Shown here piece by piece: positions 25,358-38,610 of a stretch of 64,000 bases of DNA. Both the position numbers and the translations under genes were made by a program. Position 1 is the first letter of the stretch. Each line of letters opens with the position of its first letter. Under the pieces are notes generated by a model, which did not search any database, was not told where the DNA came from, and saw only the letters and a program-made list of their open reading frames with translations. The DNA is from Octopus vulgaris (Eukaryota), in contig OX597833.1 of the NCBI GenBank assembly GCA_951406725.2, positions 16,368,001 to 16,432,000 of the forward strand, given 5' to 3'.

Positions 25358-25675
25358 AGGGCGCGTGGCTTAGTGGTTAGGGCATTCGGCTCATGATCGT
25401 AAGGTTGTGAGTTCGATTCCCGGCGACGCGTTGTGTCCTTGAGCAAGACACTTTATTTCACGTTGCTCCAGTCCACTCAGCTGGCAAAAATGAGTTGTAC
25501 TTGTATTTCAAAGGGTCAGCCTTGTCACTCTCTGTGTCACGCTGATTATCCCCGAGAACTACGTTAAGGGTACACGTGTCTGTGGAATGCTCAGCCATTT
25601 GCACGTTAATTTCACGAGCAAGCTGTTCCGTTGATCATATCAGCTGGGACCCTCGTCGTCGTAACCAGCGGAGTC
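25358..25675 (+). mobile_element. SINE family D, best copy
   Basis: tggcttagtggttagggc...gagttcgattcc head; tgtgtccttgagcaagacact core. Confidence 0.8.
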
Positions 25676-25869
25676 TTTTTAAAGCTTGCTGTGCCACCTA
25701 TCTAGAACAGTGCTCAGCAACCGTTTTTCACTTGCTTACAGTTATATTCTTTTCAAAATTCGGTGACACACCTGAACTAAAAATATTGGGGAAAAAAGTT
25801 GAATTCAGATTACAGTACAGCACACCTAGCATTGTCTTGTGGCACTCCAGTGTGGGTTCCCTATAAAAA

Positions 25870-26425
25870 TGTACCGAAGACATTGGGTAGGAAAGGGAGA
25901 AACACCGGCACCCCTGGCTAAAGAAAGGTCTTCATCCACATAAGGTGTTGTTCTGTTTGGTGGGATATGAATGGTTTAGTCTACTTTGAACTTTTAAACT
26001 TAAACCAAATGATAACAAAGATATCTGCTGTGAGCAACTTGAGTGGTTTAAGTCAGTGCTAGAAGAAAAATGACCATCTTTGGTTTCAAGACGAAAGGTG
26101 TGCTTCCATCAGGATAATGTTTGGCCACATACAGTGAAGATGGCATTCCAAAGGCTGGACCATATGGTTACCATTTATTCTGCAGCCTTCAAAATCATTT
26201 GGACAGAAAAATATGAAATTTGTAGACGAGGTCAGAGTAGTAATGGAGGAGTATTTTTTATGACTGACAAGAGAATTTTGGACGAGCGGCCTTGCAAGTC
26301 TACCATATAGATGGAAAAGCATTGTAAATAATGAAAGAAAGTATATTTTAGATTAAAAAAGAACTTTATCTTAATTTTGAAAAATAAAAGAAGTATTAAA
26401 AAAATGCATTATTTATGACCCAATA
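25870..26425 (+). pseudogene. mariner transposase relic (3' half)
   Basis: LHPHKVL, VCFHQDNVWPHT, YHLFCSLQNHL, LPYRWKSIVNNERKYILD* with frameshifts. Confidence 0.8.
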
Positions 26426-26456
26426 TATTATATAAATATGTATGTGTGTGTATATA

Positions 26457-26517
<61 letters not shown>

Positions 26518-26519
26518 AT

Positions 26520-26815
26520 CATCTGAATGACCAAGCCATCAGATGTTGCTAGACATCACTGGTCACAATGCGCTTCGCATTGTTTTAGCCTTCAAATAAC
26601 GCCATCCCGCTGGCTAAGCGAGCAGGCCAACAGAAGAAAGAGTGAGAGAAAGTTGTAGCGAAAGAGTGCAGCAGGGATCACCACCACCTGCTTCCGGAGC
26701 CTCGTGGAGCTTTAGGTGTTTTCGCTCAATAAACACTCACAACGCCCGGTCTGGGAATTGAAACCGCAATCCTACAACCATCAGTCTGCTGCCCTAACCA
26801 CTGGGCCATTGTGCT
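26520..26815 (-). mobile_element. tRNA-derived SINE, family G
   Basis: Head tggcccagtggttagggcag...ggtttcaattccc on the - strand. Confidence 0.6.
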
Positions 26816-27825
26816 TACACACACACACACACACACATATCGTTCAACCCATGCTAGCATGGAAAGCAGACCTTAAACGATGATGATAATAATGATGACA
26901 TACAAGACAGGCTTCAACCCAAGGTTATCGTAGAAGACACTTCCCCAAAGTGTTACACAGTAGGACTGAACCCAGAACCATTTGTTTGGAAAGCAAATGT
27001 CTAACTCCACAGCCATGGCTGCACCTATACATATGTGAGTGTGTATGCGTGTAACCAAATCTAAATGAGAGAATAAATGATAAACTATTCCAAACATCAA
27101 AAAAAATATGCCCAGAAAAATGAGTCAATCCTTCTAAACTACAAATGTCACCATAAAACACAACATTGCATCATTTTAACCGTTTCTATGTTAAGCTGGA
27201 ATATCAAATTACAGACAACAATTAGTAAATTCTCATAATAAACATTCTAACTAAAATCAACTAAATAAGTCAAGGCTGCAAAGAGGTATCTTTCATGTAT
27301 ATTTAACTGATCTCTTTACATCCTTCTCCGACAGGCACAGGCATGGCATTGTGACTATCGAGGTCACTTTGTAACTGTGTGATATCAGGTTCAGTCCCAC
27401 AGCACAACACCTTGGGCAAGTGTCTTCCTTTATATATTGCCCTGGACTGAATTATGCTTTACGAATGAATCTCGTTGATGGAAACTGAGTGGAAGCCCTA
27501 TTGTTTCCATGCAATGCAGTTTCCTCAGGAAACACAACCAGATCTCATAATGCAGGGAAACAGTTGCATAATCAAGTACCTGCACACCTGGAGAACCAAG
27601 TTGCAGGTAAACAATTGTAGAGATTAAAAAATAAATGTCCAAACGTACCACTTCATACTGACTCCAATTTTTTCAGCTATCTATTCACACACAGCAGATG
27701 CCCAAACGTAAACCTGGAAGTATGTGTAATACTACTACTGAATAGCACAGAGTAAATATGAAGGTGGACAAGCTTTATACTGTACTCTACTACGTTCTTA
27801 ACAGAATACACCATACCCATATATA

Positions 27826-28246
27826 TACTCTTTTACTCTTTTACTCTTTTACTTGTTTCAGTCATTTGACTGCGGCCATGCTGGAGCACCGCCATTAATC
27901 GAGCAACTCGACCCCGGGACTTATTCTTTTGTAAGCCCAGTACTTATTCTATCGGTCTCTTTTGCTAAACCGCTAAGTAACGGGGACATAAACACACCAG
28001 CATCGGTTGTCAAGCAATGCTAGGGGGACAAACACAGACACACAAACACACACACATACATTTATATATATATACATATATATACGACGGGCTTCTTTCG
28101 GTTTCCGTCTACCAAATCCACTCACAAGGCTTTGGTCGGCCCGAGGCTATAGCAGAAGACATTTGCCCAAGGTGCCACGCAGTGGGACTGAACCCGGAAC
28201 CATGTGGTTGGTAAGCAAGCTACTTACCACACAGCCACTCCTGCGA
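27826..28246 (-). mobile_element. SINE family A, full length
   Basis: Consensus match. Confidence 0.88.
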
Positions 28247-28260
28247 CTAATATATATATA

Positions 28261-28421
28261 CTAGCACTATGCAGGGTGACTGGGGAAATGTAAATATATG
28301 CACGACTACTCTTGGACAGTTTTGAATGAGCATAGAAAGTACGAGCCCTCTAACTGAAAAATTGTGGATTTGTATAAAGGACACACACACACACAGACAT
28401 TTTGCCGTTTATATATATAGA
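28261..28421 (-). mobile_element. Short non-autonomous Helitron-like element
   Basis: 5' TC-TATATA, 3' CTAG; same family as 52139-52599. Confidence 0.55.
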
Positions 28422-28439
28422 CATATATATATATATATG

Positions 28440-28848
28440 CTCTTTACTCTTTACTCATTTACTTGTTTCAGTCATGTGACTGTGGCCATGCTAGAGTATT
28501 GCCTTTAGTTGAGCTAATCGACCCAGGATTTATTCTTTGTAAGCCTAGTACTTATTCTATTGATCACTTTTGCTGAACCGCTAAGTTACAGGGACATAAA
28601 CACACCAGCATCGGTTGTCAAGCGATGTTGGGGGGACAAACACTGACACACAAACATATACACACACATACATATGTATATATATACATATATATGACAG
28701 GCTTCTTTCAGTTTCCGTCTACCAAATCCACTCACAAGGCTTTGGTTGGCCCGAGGCTATAGTAGAAGACACTTGCCCAAGGTGCCATGCAGCGGGACTG
28801 AACCCAGAACCATGTGGTTGGTAAGCAAGCTACTTACCACACAGCCAC
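28440..28848 (-). mobile_element. SINE family A
   Basis: Consensus match. Confidence 0.85.
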
Positions 28849-28900
28849 ATATATATAGATATATATATTGGAAGGTTTGGAGATGATGTACAGGTATTTT

Positions 28901-29165
28901 ATATTAGAAGAAATGAGGTACTCAGAAAGTCGGATGGTTTATATTTACAGATATTTATTTGTATATTACATTTTTTATACATCATATAACTTAGATCATG
29001 TATTAGCGCTTTCTCCCATTCTAGTGGGGTTTTCAAATGAAAACCCCACTAGAATGGGAGAAATACATGATCTAAGTTATATGATGTATAAAAGATGTAA
29101 TATACAAATAAATATCTGTAAATATTAACCATCCGACTTTGTGAGTACCTCATTTCTTCTAATAT
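28901..29165. repeat. Near-perfect palindrome with ~130-bp arms
   Basis: Centre ggggttttca-aa-tgaaaacccc at 29036-29037. Confidence 0.9.
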
Positions 29166-29728
29166 ATATATATATATACAAACATACCTCATCACCATTG
29201 TCATCATCATTTAATGTGCATTGTCCATGCTGGCACGGGTTGGACTAAATAAGACCCTTGTATTTGTCTATGTGTGTGTGTGTCTTTGTTTGTCACTACC
29301 CACTCTCTACCTCATAACCAGTGCTGGTTCAGACTTTTAAAAAAATGTACTGGGGAAGGTGATTCCCCAGGTTGGCTGCAATCCAGCAATTGAAACAAAT
29401 GAAGAATAAAAGATAAAAGAATACGAAGGATGCACTTGATAACGTAGTCCAAGGTACATTATGCCTCGAAGACTACAGAGTGAATTATCATACCTAGGGG
29501 ATATCATTGATAATAGGACTGGGTCTGCTGTAATGAAACTACAAACAAACATACAAAACACCTAAGGGTATATTTTTTCCCTCTGAAGAGATTATGAGTT
29601 TAATATTTAATTAATTTCACTGAGTTTAATTGAAACAGATGTAAGGGATAATGATTGATTTGTTGCTGATAATAAACTCTTATTGACTTCAAAATCTCCA
29701 ATTCCTTCTTCTTTTACATATATATATA

Positions 29729-30241
29729 TCTATATATATAAAACTGTAGTTGTGTGAGTGTCTGTCCCCTTCGATTTAGATTCCTAACTACTCCCACATT
29801 TTGCGGTGCAGTTTAACCAAATTCAGGTATCTTATAGTCGTGATTCATATCGAGCCCGTCTGAGTATTAGCGCGCGTCTACAATGAGTCTACGATTTTAA
29901 AAATAATTTAACATCATTTTTTATTCCATTTTAATGCATAATTTTTCGTGTGTCGATGGCGGCAGAGTTGCCATCCATGGTCACACCTGCACCTGTTTGC
30001 TTCTCCCCCTTCTTCCCTCCTTCGTGAAGCTGTGGGGAAGGGAGTTTAAGGAAATCAACGTCGTAAAGCGTTGTCAAGGAGACCAGCGTTCTTTTAGAAC
30101 AACGACTTCATGGCTTGAAGACACCAAAACAGAAATGACTAAGAAAGCCCGAATTGGCATCTATAAGGGAAGTAACTCTCTAAAAATGCTTATATAGTTA
30201 TTTTCCTTACAAACCCGAGCAACGCCGGGCGATACTGCTAG
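29729..30241 (+). mobile_element. Non-autonomous Helitron
   Basis: a|TC 5' end; 3' hairpin cccgagcaacgccggg then CTAG|t; no TSD. Confidence 0.8.
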
Positions 30242-30269
30242 TATATATATATATATATATATATATATA

Positions 30270-30566
30270 AGAGAACCATCCGAACGTGGCCATTGCCAGC
30301 GCTGCCCCGACTGGCCTTAGTGCCGGTGGCATGTAAAAAGCACCATCCGATCGTGGCCATTTGCCAGCCTCGTCTGGCACGTAAAAAGCACCCACTACAC
30401 TCACGGAGTGGTTGGCGTTAGGAATGGCATCCAGCCGTAGAAACATTGCCAGATCAGACTGGGCCTGGTGCAGCCTTCTGGCTTCACAGACCCCAGTTGA
30501 ACCGTCCAACCCATGCTAGCATGGAAAGTGGACGCTAAACGATGATGATGATGATGATAATGATGA

Positions 30567-30570
<4 letters not shown>
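30270..30570 (+). mobile_element. SINE family C
   Basis: Consensus plus (GAT)n tail. Confidence 0.75.
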
Positions 30571-30599
<29 letters not shown>

Positions 30600-30602
<3 letters not shown>

Positions 30603-31630
30603 TGTTTAGACAAAATAATGGCAACACCTCACATCATAGCATCATAATTTTGAAATATCTATAAAACCGTCAAAAGCTTGTTTATTTTTATGTTTTTTGA
30701 TTTATTATTAGTGTTGCTTAATATGTTTTGCTAATATTGCTGTTTCTTTTCAGATATCGTCAGAAAAAGGTAATTAAAATTCATTAAAATTACACATCTA
30801 TTGGACTTTCAAAGAGGTCAAATTGTTGGTACTTGTATGGTAGGTGCTAGCTTAATGAAAACAGCCGAAATGTTGGGTGTATCAAGATGTACTGTCTCAA
30901 AAGTAATGACAGCCTTTGAGAAAGAGGGCAAAAACCTCCTTGTCAAAACAAAACTCCAGAAGAAAACCAAAACTTTCAGATAGGGACCGTTGGACTCTTA
31001 CATGAATTGTTAGAAAGGATCACAAAATTTCTGCAGTGTTTAATGACCACCACGAGAACCCAGTTTCCACAAAAACTGTTCACCAGGAGCTACGCAAAGC
31101 TGGATTTCATGGGATGGCTGCAATCAGAAAACCACTACTTTCAAAAACAAACATTTAGAGTGGAGTAAAAACCTATAGAATTGGTCTCTAGAGCAGTGGA
31201 AGAATGTTATTTTCTTGGATGAGTCATCCTTTACCTTATTTCCAACCACCAGCTGAGTATACGTGTGGAGACAGCCAAAAGAAGCATTTAACCCAGACTG
31301 CCTTCTTCCAACTGTTAAACATGGAGGAGGATCTGTGATGATCTGAAGGGTTATATCTTGGAAATCCATCGGCCCAATGGTTTCCCTTCATAGCAGAATT
31401 AATAGTCAAGATTATTTAAGCATTTTATCTGATCAAATTCATCCTATGGTTGTGGAACTGTTTCCAGGGGCAAACACAATCTTTCAAGATGATAATGCAC
31501 CAATTCACACAGCTAAAGTTGTTACTGAATAGCACAAGGAACATTCTAGTGAAGTTGATCTTATCTGGCCACCACAGTCCCCAGATTTCAATATTATTGA
31601 ACATTTATGATGCATTTTAGAAAAACAGGT
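30600..31630 (+). pseudogene. Tc1-family transposon with decayed transposase
   Basis: TA|CAGTG left end; HTH DFQRGQIVG...LGVSRCTVSKV, WKNVIFLDES, TVKHGGGSVMI, FQDDNAPIH, WPPQSPDFNIIEHL; stops and frameshifts. Confidence 0.9.
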
Positions 31631-31639
31631 GGCTATGAA

Positions 31640-31950
31640 GATACTGTATACAAAGATAAGGTGATTCCATTTATCTTTGCAGACAGAAATATATTGTATA
31701 TGAAGACAGGTTAATTACATTTCTTGAAATGAAGACAGGTATTTACACCTGTGTATATGAAGAGCAGGTGCTTATATCTGTCTATATAATGATTAAGTGT
31801 TTATACCTGTCTATGTGATGACAAGGTGTTTATATCTATCTATATGAAGACAAGATTTGTATTTATCTATATAACAAGGTGTTTTACATCTGTCTATATA
31901 AAATCTAAGGACAAAGTGTTTATATCTGTCTACATGAAGAAAAGATATTT
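31640..31950. repeat. Degenerate ~30-bp minisatellite
   Basis: Recurrent tatgaagacaggt-tttatatctgtc. Confidence 0.6.
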
Positions 31951-32039
31951 ACTTCAGCCCATATCAGGGGTCACCAAACTTTTTTCACGGTGGGCCAGGT
32001 AATTGAGAGAATGATGAGCACAGGCCACATAACCATTTT

Positions 32040-32280
32040 AAAAATAATAATAATAATAATGAAATTATTGTATACAGTGCTCAGGTGCACCACAACTTGT
32101 CAAAAGTGCATATAAAGCATATGCAGTAATGTACAAATGTCTGGAAAGTGAATGGTGTATGAGTCAGATACATGCTTGCGTACGTATGGAGGGGAGAAAA
32201 TCAGGTGTGGTGTTGGCGAATCTCAGGAAGCATGGAAGTTTTGAAGGATGCAGTGCTCCGACAAATAACAACTGATTGCC
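32040..32280 (-). mobile_element. CR1-like LINE 3' end with (ATT)n tail
   Basis: Matches 48252-48480. Confidence 0.65.
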
Positions 32281-32728
32281 TCCTCATTGATATGACTGTT
32301 CCATTTGCTTCTATCTAGAAACCAAAGGAAATGACTATTATCTCCTTTAATCTCTGCTTTTCTGACCTTGAACATCAATGTTTTGAAACTGACCTGTTTT
32401 CCATTACATTTCAGATGCATTCAGAGCTGAGATGCTGAAGCAGAAATATTGTTATAGCGAATAGTCTGCTTAATACCGCAGATTTGCTTGTCAGTTGTTT
32501 GACCCTAACCACTTGAGCATGTCCCTTAGTGGCAGACAATATGTGCATCTCTGATCACGAGCAGAAGTAGTGGGGGAGCATCATAGCCATGTGTTGAGAA
32601 GGATTCTTTCGGCTTTGTATAAATGTAACAAAAGTAAAATTTGAAGAAAATATTAGCTATTTCTTATAGGAGTAAACAAATAGGAAATACTAGTTGCTAC
32701 CCAAAGACAAAAATTATGTTACATAGTG

Positions 32729-32764
<36 letters not shown>

Positions 32765-33017
32765 TGTGTGTATGTATGTATGTATGTGTGTGTATATGTT
32801 TGTGTGTCTGTGTTTGTCCCTCCCAACATCGCTTGACAACCGAAGCTGGTGTGTTTACATCCCCGTAACTTAGCAGTTCAGTAAAAGAGACCAATGGAAT
32901 AAGTACTAGGCTTACAAAGAATAAGTCCTGGGGTCGAGTTGCTCGATTAAAGGTGGTGCTCCAGCATGGCCACAGTCAAATGACTGAAACAAGTAAAAGA
33001 GAGTAAAGCGTATTAAG

Positions 33018-33225
33018 AAGGCAGCAAGCTGGCAGAATTGTTAGCATACTGGACAAAATGCTTAGTGGCATTTTGTCTGTCTTTATGTTCTGAGTTCAAG
33101 TCTTGCCAAGGTCAGCTTTGTATTTCATTCCCTTGAGGTCACCGAAATAACTACCAGCTGAGTATTAGGGTTGATGTAATCGACTAGTCCACGAAATTAC
33201 AGGCCTTGTGCCTAGAGCAAAAAGG

Positions 33226-33305
<80 letters not shown>

Positions 33306-33520
33306 AGCAGAGAGCTGGCAGAATCCTTAGCATGCTGGATGAAATGCTTAGCAGTATTGTGTCCGTCGCAATGTTCTGAGTTCAAATTCTGCCAAGGTTG
33401 ACTTGGCTGTTCATCCTTTCGGGGTCAATAAATTAAATACCAGTGAAACACTGGGGTCGATGTAATTGACTAGTTCCCTCCCGACAAATTTCAGGCCTTG
33501 TGCCTATAATAGAAAGGATT
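33018..33520 (+). mobile_element. Two degenerate family B SINEs separated by (ATT)~25
   Basis: Consensus match; microsatellite at 33228-33303. Confidence 0.7.
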
Positions 33521-33869
33521 GTTAATATCATCATTATCATCATCACCATCAATTTTATTATCATTATTATTATTATTATTATTATTATTTATGGTTTCTT
33601 TTCGTTATAACTTTATTTCAGCTGCCTTAGTACCGAGCATCCTCCGAAGGCCAAGAGTAGCAAGGGCACTTTGGTTTTGCTATGCATGCTAAAATTATCA
33701 CCATATTTATTCCATTTTAGATGGAGAGAGCTTTCCGTAGTATACGAACTGTACCCATCAAGGTTATTTTTTGTTGTTCACAGAAATTGGAGTTACCAAG
33801 GAGTTGCTTAATAAACTTCTCAGCTCCCTTCTTTATCATTCCCAACTCACCAATTACTACTGGTTTAAT

Positions 33870-34790
33870 ATTTTTTTTTTATGCTTGACTTCTGTACAAT
33901 TTGGCTCCAAGTCTCACCCAAAGACCTCAAGAGACAACAAGTTGGAAGTTCATGTTGGTGTTATGCCTAGGATGCCATATATTTGGTTTTGTACTTAGTG
34001 TTGTACTAGTGAATGTTTAAGAAACTACAAGAAAATTATGTGTTTGTTTTAAAACTTGAGATTACACAGAAAGTATTTTGCGTAGGATATGAGCAGTTCC
34101 CATGAGTACTATCTTTTGAATTTCTGCCATTTTGGGGTTTCCTGGTATCTGAGCTTGGTAGAAATCATCCCCTTTTGCTATCATTATTATTATTGTTGTT
34201 GTTGTTGTTGTTGTTGTTATTAAGGCAGCGAGCTGGCAGAATCATTAGCACACTGGGCAAATTGCTTAGCGGTTTTTCATCTGCTGCTATGTTCTGAGTT
34301 CAAATTCCACCGAGGTTGACTTTACCTTTCATCCCTTTGGGGGTCAATTAAATAAGTACCAGTTAGATGGAGTGAAACTTTCTGAGAATGTGGGCGGTTG
34401 ATGTCCACACAATTTTGTTGGTTTCCCCCCAAAGATCTGATCAAAAAATTTGTCACTACCTTTCTTGATCATTATTCCTAGGGCATCTACAACAACAGGG
34501 ATGGTTTTGGTTTTTAATTGCTATGTCCTAGACACCTCAATCTCAAGGTCCTTATATTTCGATAGTTTTTTCAAGTTCCTTTGCTGAAATGTTTCTATCA
34601 GTAGGTACTGTCATATCAATTAACAAGTATGTTTGTTTTTGTTTTAAGTCTATGATAATGATGTCTGGTGTGTTATCATTTATTTGTCTGTATATATGTA
34701 TCCCATAGGCTGGTAACATTCTCTCGCTCAGTGATTGGCTCTAGATAATGTTCATACCAGTTCTTAGGGTGCAGGACACCATAGTGACAG
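33870..34790 (-). pseudogene. R4/Dong-type (REL endonuclease) non-LTR retrotransposon 3' fragments
   Basis: PDIIIIDLKQKTYLLIDMTVPTDRNISAKE...IPVVVDALG (34480-34690) and EIQKIVLMGTAHILRKILSV* (34064-34130). Confidence 0.7.
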
Positions 34791-35743
34791 CTTGGAAATT
34801 TGATTTTACTGCAAAGTTAGAGAGAAAACTGTTCAGAAATAAGAAATTTAGGGAAAAATTTGTGTTTGATTTTGGCACAAGACCAGCAATTTTGAGGCTA
34901 GGAGTCAGGTCAATTACATCAATCTGAGTACTCGACTGGTTACTTTATTATGGGAGGATCATTATTTTTATTTTATATATGCGCAGGAGTGGCTGTGTGG
35001 TAAGTAGCTTGCTTACCAACCAAATGGTTCCGGGTTCAGTCCCACTGCGTGGCATCATGGGCAAGTGTCTTCTGCTATAACCTCGGGCCGACCAATGCCT
35101 TGTGAGTGGATTTGGTAGACGGAAACTGAAAGAAGCCCATCGTATATATGTATACGGAAAGCGTGTGTATAAAATTATAGAATTATTTTATTGGTAATTG
35201 TTTAAATCATTTTCCATTGCTTTTGGGGTTTTTTTACATGCGTAACAATCAAATTAATATAACAATTAAGAAAAAAAATTAGGGTTAGGGGGGAGGTTTA
35301 GGGTTAGTTACAGGATGTTGTCTCAGTTTTAGACGCAGCAAATGATTTTAGCTCAAAAGATAGCATAGGATTGGTTAAAATTTGAAAAATTAAACTACGT
35401 TAAACAAACAAATTACAATTTTCTTAAGAAAGCCAAGAGAAAAAAATGTTTTATTTTGACACATTCTACCAGTATACGAAGTTTTAAAGTGTTTAGTTAA
35501 CTAGAAATTGTCTGCCGCTCAAAAGGAAAAGATTCACAATCATTTCTACTAGCTTAACCATCTTAAATTAAGAGAAAATATTGGTTTCTACAACAACAAA
35601 ATAAACCAAATAATAATTATAAGATATCATTTATCAGGGACAACATTCGTAAGTTATATAGCATGGGTATCTACCAATTCATTTCCATTGAAGTAATTAC
35701 CATTTAATAAATAATGCTGTTTATTTCTTACGATTTATCTCTC

Positions 35744-36138
35744 TCTATATAAAGCTGAAGTTGTCTGTGTATGGCAGGTTTGGTAGCCTTCAACAAACAC
35801 TATCTCCTCCGAGACCCTACAGCGCAAGTTGACCAACATTGAGAGTATGATAGAAGATGGCTTGCTCTTCTTTTCGTAGAAGAAAAAAATTCAAATCGGA
35901 CCATGTTAACACCAAAAGTTATTTACATAAAAAAGGTGGCGAGGGGGGAGGGGGTTCTATGAAAATCCCTATTTTTTACGATTTTTTGCCTGCCGTGTCG
36001 CCATTTTTCGGTGTATTTCAACCAGGAAAATGTTCACTTAAAGAGAATAACAAGCTACGTAATGCAAAATTTTTACATTTCAAAAATTCCAATTCTAAAT
36101 GATTGAAACAAACCCGAGCAACGCCGGTGCCGTCGTAG
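35744..36138 (+). mobile_element. Non-autonomous Helitron (second family)
   Basis: TC-TATATAAAG start, 3' hairpin; homologous to 57812-58590 and 63334-63735. Confidence 0.7.
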
Positions 36139-36159
36139 TTATGTCCCTTGGTTTTTCTT

Positions 36160-36556
36160 CCTCTTTTACTTGTTTCAGTTATTTGACTGCGGCCATGCTG
36201 GAGCACCGCCTTTAGTCGAGCAAATCGTCCCCAGGACTTATTCTTTGTAAGCCTAGTGCTTATTCTGTCGGTTCTCTTTTGCCGAACCGCTAAGTTATGG
36301 GGAGGTAAACACTCCAGCATCGGTTGTCAAGTGATGGAGCGGGGACAAACACAGACACACAAACACACACATATATATACATATACATATATACGACGGG
36401 CTTCTTTCAGTTTCCGTCTACCAAATCCACTCACAAGGCATTGGTCGGCCTGGGGCTATAGCAGAAGACACTTGCCCAAGATGCCACGCAGTGGGACTGA
36501 ACCCGGAATCATGTGGCTGGTAAGCAAGCTACTTACCACACAGCCACTCCTGCGCC
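36160..36556 (-). mobile_element. SINE family A
   Basis: Consensus match. Confidence 0.87.
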
Positions 36557-36592
36557 TTGTTAACATTTATTTTCCAATTCTGTAGAGATATA

Positions 36593-37022
36593 GGATCTTT
36601 TCGGTTTGAACGGCAGTTTTTTCTAGCGGTGTCATATGAAATTGTCACCCATAATTATGACCCTAGTATCGATCTATTGCATTTCAATCTGTTTTAGGGT
36701 TAGGGTTAGTTAGGGTATTATTAGGGGTGGGGGAAGGGTATCTTTTTTCGTCACAAATGTAAATAAACCCAATTTGTTTCTTAAATGAGGGACTTATTCA
36801 TACGGCACAAAAATTTTTTTCACCTCAATGGACGTCATTGATTGGTTGAAATTGCAGAAATTGAAGAAAGAAGCAACAAATATCTTACAAACTATAGAAT
36901 TTTCTCAATAAAGCCAAGAGAAAAAGATATTTTATAAACACGTTCTACCAGTATATGAAGTTTAAAATCTTTTAGTTACCTAGAAATTAGGTTAAAGACT
37001 GCCGTTCAAACCGAAAAGATCC
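36593..37022. mobile_element. GG-ended MITE with 8-bp TSD
   Basis: TIR ggatcttttcggtttgaacggcag; TSD gagatata. Confidence 0.85.
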
Positions 37023-37404
37023 GAGATATATTTTGTAAAATAAGCACAGACTGAACATGACGAGAATTATATCGTTAATTAAACGAGACTACAATAGCTT
37101 AAAGGTAAGACCAACCTTGCCGAACACTGTTTAACTTAAATCATTTGGAAGGGGAACAACTCACAATATAAAATTTCAATTATTTGATTTAAGTCCCAGT
37201 TAATTAATATTGGTTTCAGATTTTGGTCCAGGGCCAGAAAGTTCAAGATAGGGGAAAGGTCGATTACATCGACCCTAGTAATCAACTGGTATTTATTTTA
37301 TCGACCCCTAATTGATGAATAGTTGAGTCAACCTCAGCGAAATTTGAACTCAGAACTCGGAACGAAAGGTTCTGCCAACACTCCGGTCATAGTTACAATG
37401 AAAT

Positions 37405-37940
37405 AAGGCAGCGAGCTGGCAGAAACGTTAGCTCGCATGGCGAAATGCTTAGCGGTATTTCGTCTGCCGCTACATTCTGAGTTCAAATTCCGCTGAGGTC
37501 GACTTTGCCTTTCATCCTTTCGGGGTCGATAAATTAAGTACCAGTTACGCACTGGGGTCGATGTAATTGACTTAATCCGTCTGTCTGTCCTTGTTTGTCC
37601 CCTCTGTATTTAGCCCCTTGTGGGTAGTAAAGAAATAGGTATTGCGTCTGCTGTTACGTTCTGAGTTCAAATTCCGCCGAGGTCGACTTTGCCTTTCATC
37701 CTTTCGGGGTCGATAAATTAAGTACCAGTTACACACAGGGGTCGATATAATCGACTTAATCCGTTTGTCTGTCCTTGTTAGTCCTCTCTGTATTTAGCCC
37801 CCTGTGGGTAGTAAAGAAATAGGTATTTTGTCCATCTTTATGGGTCGATAAAATAAGTACCAGTTGAGCACTGGGATCAATGTAATCGACTTTAACCCCT
37901 TTCCCCAAATTGCTGGCCTTGTGCCAAAATTTGAACCACT
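37405..37940 (+). mobile_element. SINE family B, tandem units
   Basis: Consensus match. Confidence 0.8.
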
Positions 37941-38114
37941 TTAATCAATGTGTGACCATATCCTATACATAGGAATCAGCACTACGGCTGGTAGACGATG
38001 CGGACACTGCTGTACCATGCTAACCCTTGTATGTTGCTATAGACTCTCATGAGGTTTTTGCCATTTTCCCATTCACATATAATTTCTACAAACGTCATTT
38101 ATATGGTTGTATTA

Positions 38115-38610
38115 ATCATCATCATCATTGTTCGACCGTGGTCGAGACAATGGAATTTACTATGTTACGCTAGACTTCACGGTCCATCATAGCATTACGG
38201 AGGTCCTGTTGCTGGATGCCTGTATCCCTGGAGATTACATCAGGGTAGGAGAGTGTGCGCCCTCTGGTATTGTGAGTAGATGGCTTCCAGAGGAGAAGAG
38301 TAGAAATTGCCTCGTTTCCAGCTCTACAACAATGTCCAACAAACTGGACTCTCCTACCTTTCACAAGAGATGACATAGGTGGTAGTTTCCCATATATTTG
38401 TACTTTGGTTGGATGACGCTTCCACGAGAGATTTGGAGCTCCCATAAGGAGGCGGGTGTAAGTTCCATTCAAACACCTCTCAAGCAGTTGGTAGGCGATG
38501 CGGACACCGCTGTACCATGCTAACCCTTGCATGTTGCTATAGACTCTCATGAGGTTATTGCCATTTTCCCATCCACAAACGTCATTTATATGGTTGTATT
38601 AAACCGCTTT
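38115..38610 (-). pseudogene. RTE LINE 3' fragment
   Basis: ORF 38170-38550 (LNGTYTRLL...LSWKRHPT...RRVQFVGHCCR...DREV) and (GAT)n tail. Confidence 0.8.

Noticed and set aside
25358-25430. tRNA gene
   Set aside because: tRNA-like A/B boxes run directly into a SINE body; no complete cloverleaf or terminator.
27510-27750. Exon-intron-exon pattern (CAG|GTAAAC...ttttttcAG)
   Set aside because: Joined frames stop quickly, give no recognisable protein, and have no supporting exons.
28007-28264. Recurrent ORFs such as RLPNPLTRLWSARGYSRRHLPK and EDTCPRCHAVGLNPEPCGW
   Set aside because: Antisense translations of SINE family A.
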